DNA from: Takakia lepidozioides
Taxonomy: Eukaryota > Plantae > Bryophyta
DNA length: 64,000 nt
Reading direction: 5' to 3'
Assembly (NCBI GenBank): GCA_030704615.1
Contig: CM060731.1
Span: 12,896,001-12,960,000, forward strand
Shown piece by piece: positions 13,370-24,194 of the stretch. The stretch's first letter is position 1. Each line of letters begins with the position of its first letter. The notes beneath the pieces were generated by a model. It saw only the letters and a list, made by a program, of their open reading frames with translations, did not search any database and had not been told where the DNA came from. Both the position numbers and the translations under genes were made by a program.

Positions 13370-13965
13370 CTGGGAATTAAGATGTCATTGACGACACCTT
13401 AATCCTCAGCACCTGCACACGCACCGCCTTACCGCCAAGGCTTGTTCGCCATCAGATTTTTTTGGGTGAATTTTTTTGGGGTTTTTGATTTTTCCATGAA
13501 TTGTCATATGCCAACTGGTACAGGGAACTAAGATGTCGTTGATGACACCTTAATCCCCAGCACCTGCACAAACACCGCCTTACCGCCAAGGCTTGTTCGC
13601 CATCAGATTTTTGTGGGTTGAAATTTTTTGGGTGAATTGTTTTGGGATTTTTGGTTTTTCCATGAATTGTACTTGGGAATTAAGATGTCATTGACGACAC
13701 CTTAATCCCCAGCACTTGCACACACACCGCCTTACCGCCAAGGCTGTTCGCCATCAGATTTTCTTGGGTTGAAATTTTTTGGGTGATTTTTTTTGGGGTT
13801 TTTGGTTTTTCCATGAATTGTCATGTACTAACTCGTACTGGGAATTAAGATGTCGTTGACGACACCTTAATCTGGCACATTCGGGGATTTGTTTTTTTTT
13901 TTTTTTTTTTTGAAAACTTGCTGGGAATTAAGATGGCGTTGACGACACCTTAATCTGGCACATTG
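13370..13965. repeat. Tandem ~150-165 bp repeat, each unit carrying a hairpin ATTAAGATGTCGT-TG-ACGACACCTTAAT (5 hairpin copies)
   Basis: Hairpins near 13376, 13527, 13679, 13844 and 13927. The first units share the downstream CACCGCCTTACCGCCAAGGC sequence. Confidence 0.9.
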
Positions 13966-14974
13966 GGATGTTGAAGGAATTCTAGATTTCGACGAATATG
14001 GGTTTTATAGATTGGCTTGTCATGAATAGAATGTTTCAATATTTTCACTGTGATGCTATTATACTGAAATGTTTTCACAGTTGTCCTCATCACTTCACAT
14101 CCCTAGCCCCGAATGGGAGGACATCTCTCAAACGTTAGCAACAAAATGTCTATAAACTGATCGATATTCCAGTATATTTTCCTGATGGCAAGCACACACT
14201 TGGCTAAGTTGCATTTCCGTCGTCGCCTATGTGTGCGGTCCCCAACCCAATGTTGTTTCTTATGGTGTTTGAACTATGTTTTGTTCCCACTTGGTTCCCA
14301 ACATATGTGTCTAGGATGTCGGAACGCAACAATAGTGTCACCCCAATCCGGATCACACAAGTTTGACAACCCATCTATGATTCTCAAAATCAACTCCACG
14401 TACAACATGGCTGGAAAGCTGTAGGAAATTGGATTCCTATACCGTTTTTTCTCCCCATAATGTCCAATGCATCTCTTCCGCCGTATGCCTGAAATGTTAG
14501 TTGCTTGCAAGTTAACGCGTCCCCACAATAGTTCCTCCATTGCACCCCATGCCTCTCCTAGGCCACAAACGGTTCATGTGAACAACTTTCTCACAATGTT
14601 CGAAAGACATGTGATTACATGAACATAAACAAGAGTACAAAATCGTTAGGGGTTCGAATTGCAGCCAACTAATGACAACTGCTTTATTTACTTGCAAAAG
14701 CAAGCAAACAGTACAATTGTCATCGCAAAACGTTATCTCAATCAATTCTACATCATATTGTTGCGGCTGCGTCAATGGAGGGAGCATGAAATGAAGCACT
14801 ATCTAGCTAAGTGTGTGTCGTTTCTCCAAAGTGTCAACTGTTAGAGAGCATAACATAAACACATACCCGTAGACTGATCCTATAACAAGTTGACATCCAA
14901 ATTATTATGTCGATTGGTTTTTGCAGCTGTCATGCCAACTTCCCGCGTTCACAGTGAACAACTACTTGACGTCC

Positions 14975-15511
14975 TCATATTCCTTTAGACTCCCCCGCTT
15001 CCGAAATATCTCGCGGTTGTCCTTGCGAGTCCCCCAACATTGACCCCTCGCCATCAGATGGCCTTCCTGTCTTCCAGGGACGTCGGGTTCTCCTTCTTGC
15101 ATAGGCCTTTGCCATGTCAACCCACCAATCGACAAGCACAAACAATTCCTCCCAACTAGGGACCGGGCGCCCGACGGTTGTCTTCTTCACAACTGTATCC
15201 ATTAGTTGCCTCAAATTCCAAGTGCCATCCAGTGCCCGACCCTGCACCCAGCGATCAAACTTGCACTTCATCCTGTCCTCCCTCCACTCATTACCCGCTA
15301 AAGCCTCCCTCATTCTCCCCTCCAGCTTGCGTTTGAAATTGAGAAAACCATCAAGCCCATACTGCACATACATGCTTCGCAAGCTCAACATGTCATTGTC
15401 GATGAAATAATCTCGAACCACTTCATTCACGATATTTAATGCCTCTTTTCCAAGATAGTCAGCTTTGTTGGCAAGGGCGGAATTCTTGCGCGTGAGCCTG
15501 GCTAGGCTCAC
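14975..15511 (-). CDS. Uninterrupted 178-aa ORF of unknown function, possibly TE-derived
   Basis: Open frame with protein-like composition and no recognisable motif; start codon is GTG. Confidence 0.3.
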   Translation of the reverse strand: MSLARLTRKNSALANKADYLGKEALNIVNEVVRDYFIDNDMLSLRSMYVQYGLDGFLNFKRKLEGRMREALAGNEWREDRMKCKFDRWVQGRALDGTWNLRQLMDTVVKKTTVGRPVPSWEELFVLVDWWVDMAKAYARRRTRRPWKTGRPSDGEGSMLGDSQGQPRDISEAGESKGI

Positions 15512-15601
15512 GCCATGTCAGCAATCATCCACGTGTGCAGGTCCTAATTCCGTGCCCCCCCCCCCCCCCTATTACCGCGGATCGGTTGTCGCCTATGTCC
15601 C

Positions 15602-16299
15602 TGTTGTGCGCATACATATCGCTACACAACTACATCGATGTCCAAAACCACACAACACATGTGCACACCACACACTAGTATACAACTAGTCCACCACTAG
15701 TCCAACCACTAGTCCAACCACTAGGCTACAACTAGTCAGTCACTAGGCTGCCACTATGCTGCCCACTATGGCAGTCACTAGTCCACACAATGATAAAGAA
15801 GAAGAATACAAGCACGAGCTCACAAATCTGAAGCATAAACTCATGCATATATAACCTCATCACTCAAATACAAGTCAAGCCAAGTGCACCCCACGCCATG
15901 GGGAATCCACACTACGGCGCCATAGCTAGGCGCGGTGAGGCTCAACTCGAGAAAGATGAGCCTCCCGCGCTTGCCGTGAAGATAACCACTCCAGGGCCTA
16001 AATCTGCCTTGACCCCTGGATTGACACTTGGGCCAATCCCAAATGTCAATATGTAAAAGCTAGCTATTTCCTGGCTAGTTTCACACTAGTGGTAAAATAA
16101 CTTGACAGCTATCGTGCGCATACATATCGCTACACAACTACATCGCTGTCCAAAACCACACAACACATGTGCACACCACACACTAGTATACAACTAGTCC
16201 ACCACTAGTCCAACCACTAGTCCAACCACTAGGCTACAACTAGTCAGTCACTAGGCTGCCACTATGCTACCCACTATGGCAATCACTAGTCCACACAAT
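15602..16299 (-). repeat. 3' terminal repeat region: two 190-bp direct repeats (15602-15791, 16110-16299) around a unique segment; candidate LTR 15602-16107
   Basis: The copies differ at about 5 positions, and 15602-16107 runs TGT...ACA. Confidence 0.75.
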
Positions 16300-16557
16300 C
16301 GCACCCCTAGCTGGTGCTTAGGTCCCTCTAAGTCCAGGTAGCCACAAGATGTGATAGTGACCATAGCCTCACTAAGTCCTCCACCACTATCCCTACTACA
16401 CTCAAACTCGATAGATCAAGAGGCCGGGTGCAAGAGTTGCCCCATCGTTAGTCGCCGTCTTGCAACCTGTGAACTTGAGCTTGGGATATCATGTATTGAT
16501 TCCTATGAGCTTGGCCTCCCATGTCTTGTTAGCTGCCTCCAGTCATGTCCACTGCCA

Positions 16558-18063
16558 CTATCCCAAGCAGTGTGGACACAACCAATCTCCATCAGGAACC
16601 TTCTCAAGAGGTGGTGTCAAGCATCCCATATGCCAACCCCTTGAGCATCTGTCACACACCAGCATGGTGGCTGCCCTTTTGGCAGACCCACAGAGCATGC
16701 ACCTCAAACCTGCAGGTACCACTGCCAAGTTTGGGTCAACTCTGCCATCAACATTGGGAAGGTGACATGGCGCACAATTACGCACATGGTCCTTCCAAGT
16801 CATGCCATCCCGACCCTTTAAGATCAGGACCCCTGAGGGCAACACCTCTCGAACCCTCAGAATAACACGCCCTGCAGTAACATCTAGAGTCGTAGGAGCA
16901 GTCTGCTGCAAATTAACATAGTCACCAGGGCTAAACCTCCAAACCCCAGGACGATATCCTCCACCACGTATAGTGGCATACCTCAACGTATCACAGTGCT
17001 GTGCAATGGCAAGGTTCTCAAAAGCCATGGGCATGACTTTCTTGAACAACTCTGCACGCTGATCACATGCACGTACCCACACGTCCGGATCGTCAAGGTT
17101 AAGGACTTGAGCAGTGTTCCTACGAATGGTTGCAAGCAAATCCGGCTCTCGGCCAAAGAGAAGGAAATATGGTGAGAAAGAGGCAAGTGATGCTTGTTTG
17201 CTGAACCTGTAGCCCATGGCTAACCAAAGAACCTGAAGATCCCAATCTCCTAGGTGTCCCTTCTGCAAGCCATACTTGCGCAAACCCCTCTTCACCGTCT
17301 GAACAACTCTCTCTGCTAAGCAATCGGCCTCAGGACGATCCCGAGAAGTGGTGTGGTGGTCTATCAAGGCTTTATCACACAAAGCCTGAAACTCCCCCAA
17401 GAACTCTCTCCCTTGGTCCGTGAGTACCTCAGCTGGAGCATCAAATCGGCTAAGCACACGATCCAAGAATGCATACGGAGCCTCCTTACTAGCCTTGTCA
17501 AGCAATGGAACCAACTCAATCCACTTGGAGAAGTGCTCCACCATCACCAATACATATCTGTGGTGGCGCATAGTCAGTGGCAACGGTCCTGCGAAGTCAA
17601 GACTCCACCTGTAGCTTAATCCCATGATTGGTAAATGATGCAATTGTGGTGTAGGGGTGTTGAATGAAGCACGCACCCTGTCACACACCATGCACCTAGC
17701 CACGAACTATTGCACCTCTGTATGCATACCACGCCACCAATACTGCCCTTGCAGTAAACTGTGAGTGCGTCTCACTCCAAAATGCCCCAACTCCTCATGG
17801 GCATGCCGCACTAACCGTGCACGCTGTGTGGGGTGAGGCACAATCCTCACCCGACCATCCTCCCACACTCGAAGTAGGTGTATCCCCTCCCACTTGAACC
17901 TCTTGGCTCGTTGCAGGATCCGATCCCTCTCCTTGGCAGTCACAGTGGCTGCCCTGTCTCCCGTGCAGAGGTAGTCCAACACAGCCGAATCCTCATGTAT
18001 ATCTCTGGCACCACTTGGCTCATCACTAGCCTCAGGGTCCTTAGACACTCCGTCTACAGTCAT
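16558..18063 (-). pseudogene. Gypsy integrase with C-terminal PHD finger (one internal TAG at 17707)
   Basis: HAHEELGH...CMVC, SLDFAGPLP, LTDQGREF, AERVVQTVK, and C-terminal CMLC..CDRC..WHMGC..WLCPHC (C4HC3). Confidence 0.93.
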
Positions 18064-18081
18064 CCCTGTTGTAGGTCCAAC

Positions 18082-19743
18082 CTAACCTCTCGATGCCAAA
18101 ATACACAAAAATGCAGATGCGTGCCATCCCGGCACCATCTCCGCGTCCGTCTCACCATGCCACCGAGCTCCAGTGTCATCCTGATGGCTCATGCATGGAT
18201 TGCGACTCAATCCATCCGCATCCCGATTGACCAAACCTGGTCGATGCACAACCTGAAACTCATACTCCTGGAGTATGAGTGCCCACCGTGCAAGCTTCCC
18301 CGTAAGCTTGTCTGACTCCATCAACCACTTGAGTGGCTGGTGATCCGTGACAAGGGTGAAAAGATTGCCGTATAGATAGCACCTGAAGTGTGCCACGGCC
18401 CATACTGCAGCTAAGCACTCTCCCTCATATGAGCTGTACTTAGCCTCTGCAGCGTTGTTCGAGCGGCTAGCATAAGCCACTACGAATTCTCTTCCCTCAT
18501 CATCCACCTGTGTGAGCACCGCTCCAAGCCCCAGCATGCTCCAATCCGTATGCAGCTGAAAGGGACGCCCCCTGATAGGTCGTCTCAGGATAGGCGCCGA
18601 GGTCAACCTCGCCTTGAGCTCTTGAAAAGCTCGTTCCTGCTCATCTTCCCACTGCCACTCCTGGTCCAACTTGGTCAGCTTGGTTAGAGCCTTTGCAATG
18701 GTACTAAATCCCTTGACAAACCGTCTATAATAGTTTGCCAACCCCATGAAATCTCGAACTCGGCTCACATCCGTGGGGCGTGGAATTTGTGCAATGGCAT
18801 CTACCTTAGTTTGCTATACCCCCAATCCTCCAGGATATATCATGTGACCCAGATACTCAATCTGGTTGTGGAAAAACTTGCACTTCCCCGGATGCAACTT
18901 CAATCCGTGCGCTCTCAAGCGCTCCAATACCACCTGAAGGTGTCTCTCATGCTCCTCCATCGTAACACTAAAGATGATGATGTCATCTATGTAGCACCGA
19001 GCAAAGTCCACCCCTGCTAGAATCCTATCCATGACTCTCTGAAACTCTGCAGGAGCATTCTTAAGCCCAAATGGTAAGAACCGCCACTAATATAGGCAAT
19101 CCTTGCCGTGCTCATTGATCCCCCAGAATGCCATCTTCTGCTTGTCCGCCTCCTTGATTGGCAACTGGTGATATCCGGATCGTAAATCCAAAGTGCTAAA
19201 GGCCTTAGCATGCCCGATAGCATCAAAGATCTCCTCTGGTGTTGGCATGGTATACTTATCGGACCTGGTCTGACGATTTACAGGCCGGTAATCACCGCAC
19301 ATACGTCTCTCCGTCCAATTGCCATAGACATCTTTCTTGGCTGGCATCACTGTGGCTGAAGCATACTCTCCACCAGAGAGCTCCACCAAACCTGCTTCCC
19401 AGAGATCTTGAGTCCTCATCTGAATCAAAGTCCTCTCCATGTCACTGTATCTATAGGGTCTCCGAAAGATTGGCGTGTCAGTGGCCAACTCAATACGGAT
19501 CTCTTGACCTTTCAGTGCTCCCAAGTCCTTCAAACTGAAGGCAAAGCAATTCCTGTAAGCCCTCAGGAACCGCTGTATACGTCGTCTCTCTCCTACGGTG
19601 ACAATGGGTCCAATGTCAGGCTCCCAATTGTCCTCCGTAACTGCAACCTTAAGTCTAGTGGGCTTAGAGGTAGAGGACGCGTCTTGTGGTTGCTTTGTTG
19701 CAACCTCTTGAGCAGTACTCCCTGCCTGCTCAGTCAATGACAA
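18082..19743 (-). pseudogene. Gypsy reverse transcriptase and RNase H (in-frame TAG stops at 19087 and 18814)
   Basis: RMCGDYRPVN, LDLRSGYHQ, LPFGLKNAPAEFQ, CYIDDIII, FMGLANYYRRFV, LHTDWS, YSSYEGECLA, LVTDHQPL. Confidence 0.95.
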
Positions 19744-19752
19744 GGCCTCATC

Positions 19753-21558
19753 CTACCCCATCATCTCATCCTTGAGGATCTCCTCAATCCAAGAAGAATC
19801 CCCAACCTCATCCATCACAGCCGCCTTGGCTGCCAACTCCCTCTGAACCTCGAGCACCTCCCACGTGTGCCATTGATGCATGCACCACGTGGTCCTCATA
19901 TGCTCGCCCCCACTCACTGCCTGTACCGTCTCGGTAGGCAGAGAGACCATCGAGGGAATTGTACTCCGCACTCTGCGTTGCTCAGCCAGAGCCAAGCTGA
20001 TAATCCAGGTCAAGCAATTGAGATCCATTGCTTGCCCCAACACTTGACGACGGGATGCCTCAGAAAGAGACGACACCGTCGTGGTACTAGTGGTAAAATC
20101 CATTGCCCGCTCACGCTTGTCAGCATTAGGCTCCATTAACTGCTGCAACTGAGCATCCCACAGGAGGCCAGGTCCACTATCCCGGAAAGCATGCGATCCT
20201 GGGAAGCTGAGCTGTGTAGGTAATGCTGCTCGTGGTTGACCCACCTTGTTGACCACTGCCAAAGGCGAACGGTCATCGTGTCTCACACGCTGAGACTGCC
20301 TTCCTGTGTCCAGAATGCTATCCACTGTGAGATGTGCTGGCCGCTGCACCCCATCAAATGCACGCTTGAGAAGTGCGGGTGACATCAAGTTAGTCCACCA
20401 TAGCCGTGGACGATGAGTCCGTGACCCCACTGTAGCTGCATCTAGCAACACTGCTGACCCAAGCCATGACCGGACTTGATGCACACTGGCCATCACCCTG
20501 GCCCGAGAATCGCCCATTAGTGGCACATTCTCTAAGATGTATGCTGGAGATACAGCTTGATGAAGCTGCAAGTGGCACAAAACCCGCACCATCTCCCAAA
20601 ACAGACCCGACCTCAAGTCTCGCAATCCATTGCCATGCCCGGCTGAAGAATACCCTTGGCAGGGCCAACCTGCCACTACCAGATCAATGGAGCCAACCCG
20701 CTCCAAATCCTGCGCCCCCAGCAACGAAATGTCTACTGACAAGGTCTGCTGATATCCACGAATTGCAGACACCGACAACAACTCAGGGTACCGCTGCACC
20801 AACTGAGCAACATGACGAAGTGAAACGCGTCGTACAGTCTCATCCCTCTCCACATACAAGTAACGCCGAACTCGTACACCTGCCTGTAACACAACAGCCA
20901 ATCCGGTACTGATCCCGCCAAACAAGTCCAGAAGACAAATGCCTTCATCCGGATACTGCCACACAATAGGTGTGGTATCCAATGGAGACAACTGAGGTGG
21001 TCCTGGTGCAATCCCCGCACTCTCCTCCTCTCCTGATGGTACAAAAGCCTCCACCCAGACTTGTTGCACCCTTCGATCAGCAACCCGCTGCAAATCCTTG
21101 CTCGTGCCCCACAATGGAGTCTGAGCAACCATGACAGACAACTCCGCCATACTATACATGTCGTCATGCTCTCCCGGAGATGGCACATCCTCTGAATGAG
21201 CGTTGCCCTCAAGCAACTCTCCAGGCCAACTCACTGCCGCTGTGAATGCTGCTAGTGTCGGTATCTTGCCTCGCTGGGCAACCGCAATTCCTCCTATGAA
21301 TGTCAGAGGGAGCTGCACACGCCGGCCCTCCCCTGACTGCCATCCTGGCCTATAAGAAGCTGACTCCTCCCAAAAATCCAGGGTGAAGCCCATGGGGTAC
21401 AATACTGCCCCACCAACCAGGACATCGTATGAGACCACGTCTGTCACAATGGCCTTGGCTCGCATCACTGAGCCATCTGTAGGGTGATCCGGCCGTAGTT
21501 TGATAGCCAACTCATGCCATGTCATGCCCCGAGCCTGCTCCGATCCTCCCAGAGACAT
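19753..21558 (-). CDS. 601-aa pol segment containing a DNMT3-like DNA (cytosine-5) methyltransferase domain (~20000-20940)
   Basis: Motif I LDLFGGI, II YLYVERD, IV AGWPCQG, VI ILENVP, VIII HRPRLWWTN and X RRQVLGQAM, in non-permuted order. Confidence 0.92.
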   Translation of the reverse strand: MSLGGSEQARGMTWHELAIKLRPDHPTDGSVMRAKAIVTDVVSYDVLVGGAVLYPMGFTLDFWEESASYRPGWQSGEGRRVQLPLTFIGGIAVAQRGKIPTLAAFTAAVSWPGELLEGNAHSEDVPSPGEHDDMYSMAELSVMVAQTPLWGTSKDLQRVADRRVQQVWVEAFVPSGEEESAGIAPGPPQLSPLDTTPIVWQYPDEGICLLDLFGGISTGLAVVLQAGVRVRRYLYVERDETVRRVSLRHVAQLVQRYPELLSVSAIRGYQQTLSVDISLLGAQDLERVGSIDLVVAGWPCQGYSSAGHGNGLRDLRSGLFWEMVRVLCHLQLHQAVSPAYILENVPLMGDSRARVMASVHQVRSWLGSAVLLDAATVGSRTHRPRLWWTNLMSPALLKRAFDGVQRPAHLTVDSILDTGRQSQRVRHDDRSPLAVVNKVGQPRAALPTQLSFPGSHAFRDSGPGLLWDAQLQQLMEPNADKRERAMDFTTSTTTVSSLSEASRRQVLGQAMDLNCLTWIISLALAEQRRVRSTIPSMVSLPTETVQAVSGGEHMRTTWCMHQWHTWEVLEVQRELAAKAAVMDEVGDSSWIEEILKDEMMG

Positions 21559-21564
21559 CTGTAT

Positions 21565-21675
21565 CTAGAAAGGACAAGGCTCCATATCCGCCTTCGTGAG
21601 GCCCAAGCCTGCAATAGCAGCTCTGCCCAACATCAATGGTTGAGCTCCCGAGTCCAACAAGACCCGCAGTGGCCG
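21565..21675 (-). pseudogene. Retroviral-type aspartic protease active-site region
   Basis: The frame upstream of the 601-aa ORF reads PLRVLLDSGAQPLMLGRAAIAGLGLTKADMEPCPF*IQM. Confidence 0.85.
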
Positions 21676-22029
21676 GTACCTTGCTTGCCGGACCACTCAA
21701 ACAGAAAATGCCATCCTGGTTGTCTAACATGACAACTCCAGGTGTCACCATGGCGCGCTCAATGGCTGGCCTAGCTAGCAGCTTCATTAACCTAGCAGTT
21801 GCAGCTTGCCATGGTGCCGCCGTGGCACTCTTGATCCTCAAATCCGAGGATCCCTCCGGCACTATACCTCCCACTATCTCCGCAGAAGATGAAGTAACCA
21901 ACCCACTCGCATAGAGTGTAGCTGCCAGCCTGAACACCTCAGCTGGTCTTATCCCCGGCGTCGCAATCATGGTAGCCGAGAACAATGGAGCCTGGCACAC
22001 AGATGTGGCCACTCCCAGCAGCACACTAG

Positions 22030-24194
22030 CTGCCGTAGTCTGGCAACATTAGGTAGTGGTGCTACCCGTGTAGCTCTCCCCAATGGCATAGTAACCTCCG
22101 CCTCGGTAACAGTCGGGCGAGAACTAGGTGCCATGGATGGTGTCGACATTGTCTCCGCCAATGTGAATGACTAAGGAAGCCTAGCCTGACGACTTGCCTC
22201 CCCACGCTGTGGATCCAACTCCACCTCTGCTCCTCGTGGCTCAGGAACTCGTGCTGCTCCTCGAGTCACGGCTGCAGCAGACTCCACCTGCACTAGTGGT
22301 ATTGCTGCTCCGCACATGAATCCTATGCCTCCCATATCTCCTCCTTCAGGAGCAGGAGGTGGACCATTCGGCCTTGGAGCCGGTACCACCTGAGCTGTAG
22401 CCATGGCAGCGAGCCTCTGCTATAGTTGCTGAAGCCGGTTGGCCATGCCTTGGTCAACACCCTGACCTCCGCGTCCTTGGCAATGTTGAGCTTGCCCTTG
22501 GCCTGCACCTCGTGCCTGGCCACCTCGTCCTCTCTGGGCTGCTCCACCTCGCCCCCGGCCACCATTGTTCCCTTGGAACTGGCCTGGGCGCAACTCAGGA
22601 TGCAAACCATAACACTGGGCCTCTCCATGCCCGTGCTTGCCACAATGCCCACACTGCAACTGTGCATGTGCCGGCCCTCTGCCTTCCTCTGGGCAATCCT
22701 TCTTGACATGGGATCCTCCACATGTCCAGCACACCACATCCGCTCGTTGTTGGCCAACAAATGAAGGGAGAGACCCCTGCATTTGAAGGGAGAGACCCCT
22801 GCATCTGAGGTCCTCTCTACCCTTCCCTGAGCTTCACCTGAGCCCCCTTGTTGCCTTGAGCACGTTGAGGTAGTGGTTGGCTAGGAGCACCACTACCCCG
22901 TGGTGTCTCCTTAGCAAATCCCAGCATGACCACTCGTTCCTCCACCATGTTGAGCTCTATCCGCTCTGCCAGCAAAAACACATTTGCTAAGGTGGGTTGG
23001 GCCGCTCGTATGAGAGTTACATCCCGCACCCTTCTCCTCAGCTCCTTATCCAATATCCTATACTAGAATTGGACTGCCTGAGCTTTCGTAACCCCTTGGG
23101 TTACATTTATCAAGCGCCTCATGCGAGTGAAAACCTCCCTCAAGCTCTCAGTAGGCTTCCGTTGGAACTCTTGCAAGCTCTGCAACTTCTCTGTCTTCAC
23201 CCCTCGGTAGTTCTCTCTTAACTCTTTGAAGAACTCCACAACAGGGTTGAAGGCAGGCACCGCCACTGGTGCTGGTGCAGTAGTAGCTTGGGTGGACTCG
23301 TAGCTACGGTATCACCAGTCCCACTAGTCCCACTGCTGCTTGCTGAAGTTGCCGGTGTAGTGGCAGGTGTAGCCACTGCCCTCGTGGCTCTAGTGCCCCT
23401 CATATGGCAGATGTTCATCCTATTGTATAGAATATTTGTTTAGATTCATGATGCAGTGGCATTTTGTGGAGATGACCTTATAGTGGATAGGGCACAAGGT
23501 TGCCTTACAAGTGGTTTTGGATTTTGGTCTATGTTTGTTGTCACCTATTATGACCAACTCATCTATAAAAATAGGTGAACTGGCTGTTAATATGTGGGTA
23601 CCTTTAAGGACTAATTTCAAGTTATTGGGGTAGGTTCGGGTTACAACCATAGAAGGTGTTCACGGTGAAAGACAGTAGCCATTTCGGGTGAAATGACGTC
23701 ATAAATTTTGTTTGTTTTTGCAATACGTTTATTTCTTAGTCGGGTGACCAGTACATCCTCCACTCCTCGATCTCAACCTCATGCCCCCGCCTGAACTCAT
23801 GGTAATCATCCACAGGCGGCCCCTCAAGGTGCTGAAACAGCCCCTTCCATGCCATGAAAGGCGTAAATAGTTGTGGATTGCGCATTTGCTGCAAATCACA
23901 CCAACTATCAAACTCTTGGATAAAATCATCCAACTCGATGGTGTCCACCGCCCAAGAGTACCTTCGTGGCCCCTTGGTAGCTCCATACATCTCATCCATT
24001 GTGTCCCACAACAATGGCAAGGAAACAACTTGCACCGCCGGTATGAGTCCTCCTGATTCACAATCCAAATCAGAACCTTCCGTAGAAGACACAGGAGGTG
24101 AAGGTGGTCTAAACCGCACACCTCGTCTCGTGTACCCACTAGTATCGCTAGTGCTCGAACCGGCACTGTCCCCAACAACTAGTGGCACCTCCGT
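22030..24194 (-). pseudogene. Gypsy gag, interrupted by stops, a 22-bp duplication and an insertion
   Basis: LQEFQRKPTESLREVFTRMRRLI capsid-like region, zinc knuckles CWTCGGSHVKKDC and CGHCGKHGHGEAQC, and an RGG-rich linker. Confidence 0.8.

Noticed and set aside
14180-14560. Replitron/HUH Rep coding remnant
   Set aside because: Only faint resemblance that needs several assumed frameshifts, with no intact HUH or catalytic Tyr motif
19753-21558. Bacterial restriction-modification methylase or contamination, or a host DRM/CMT/MET1 gene
   Set aside because: It is in frame with retroviral protease and RT, intronless, has non-permuted motifs, and lacks UBA, BAH and chromo domains and any nuclease partner
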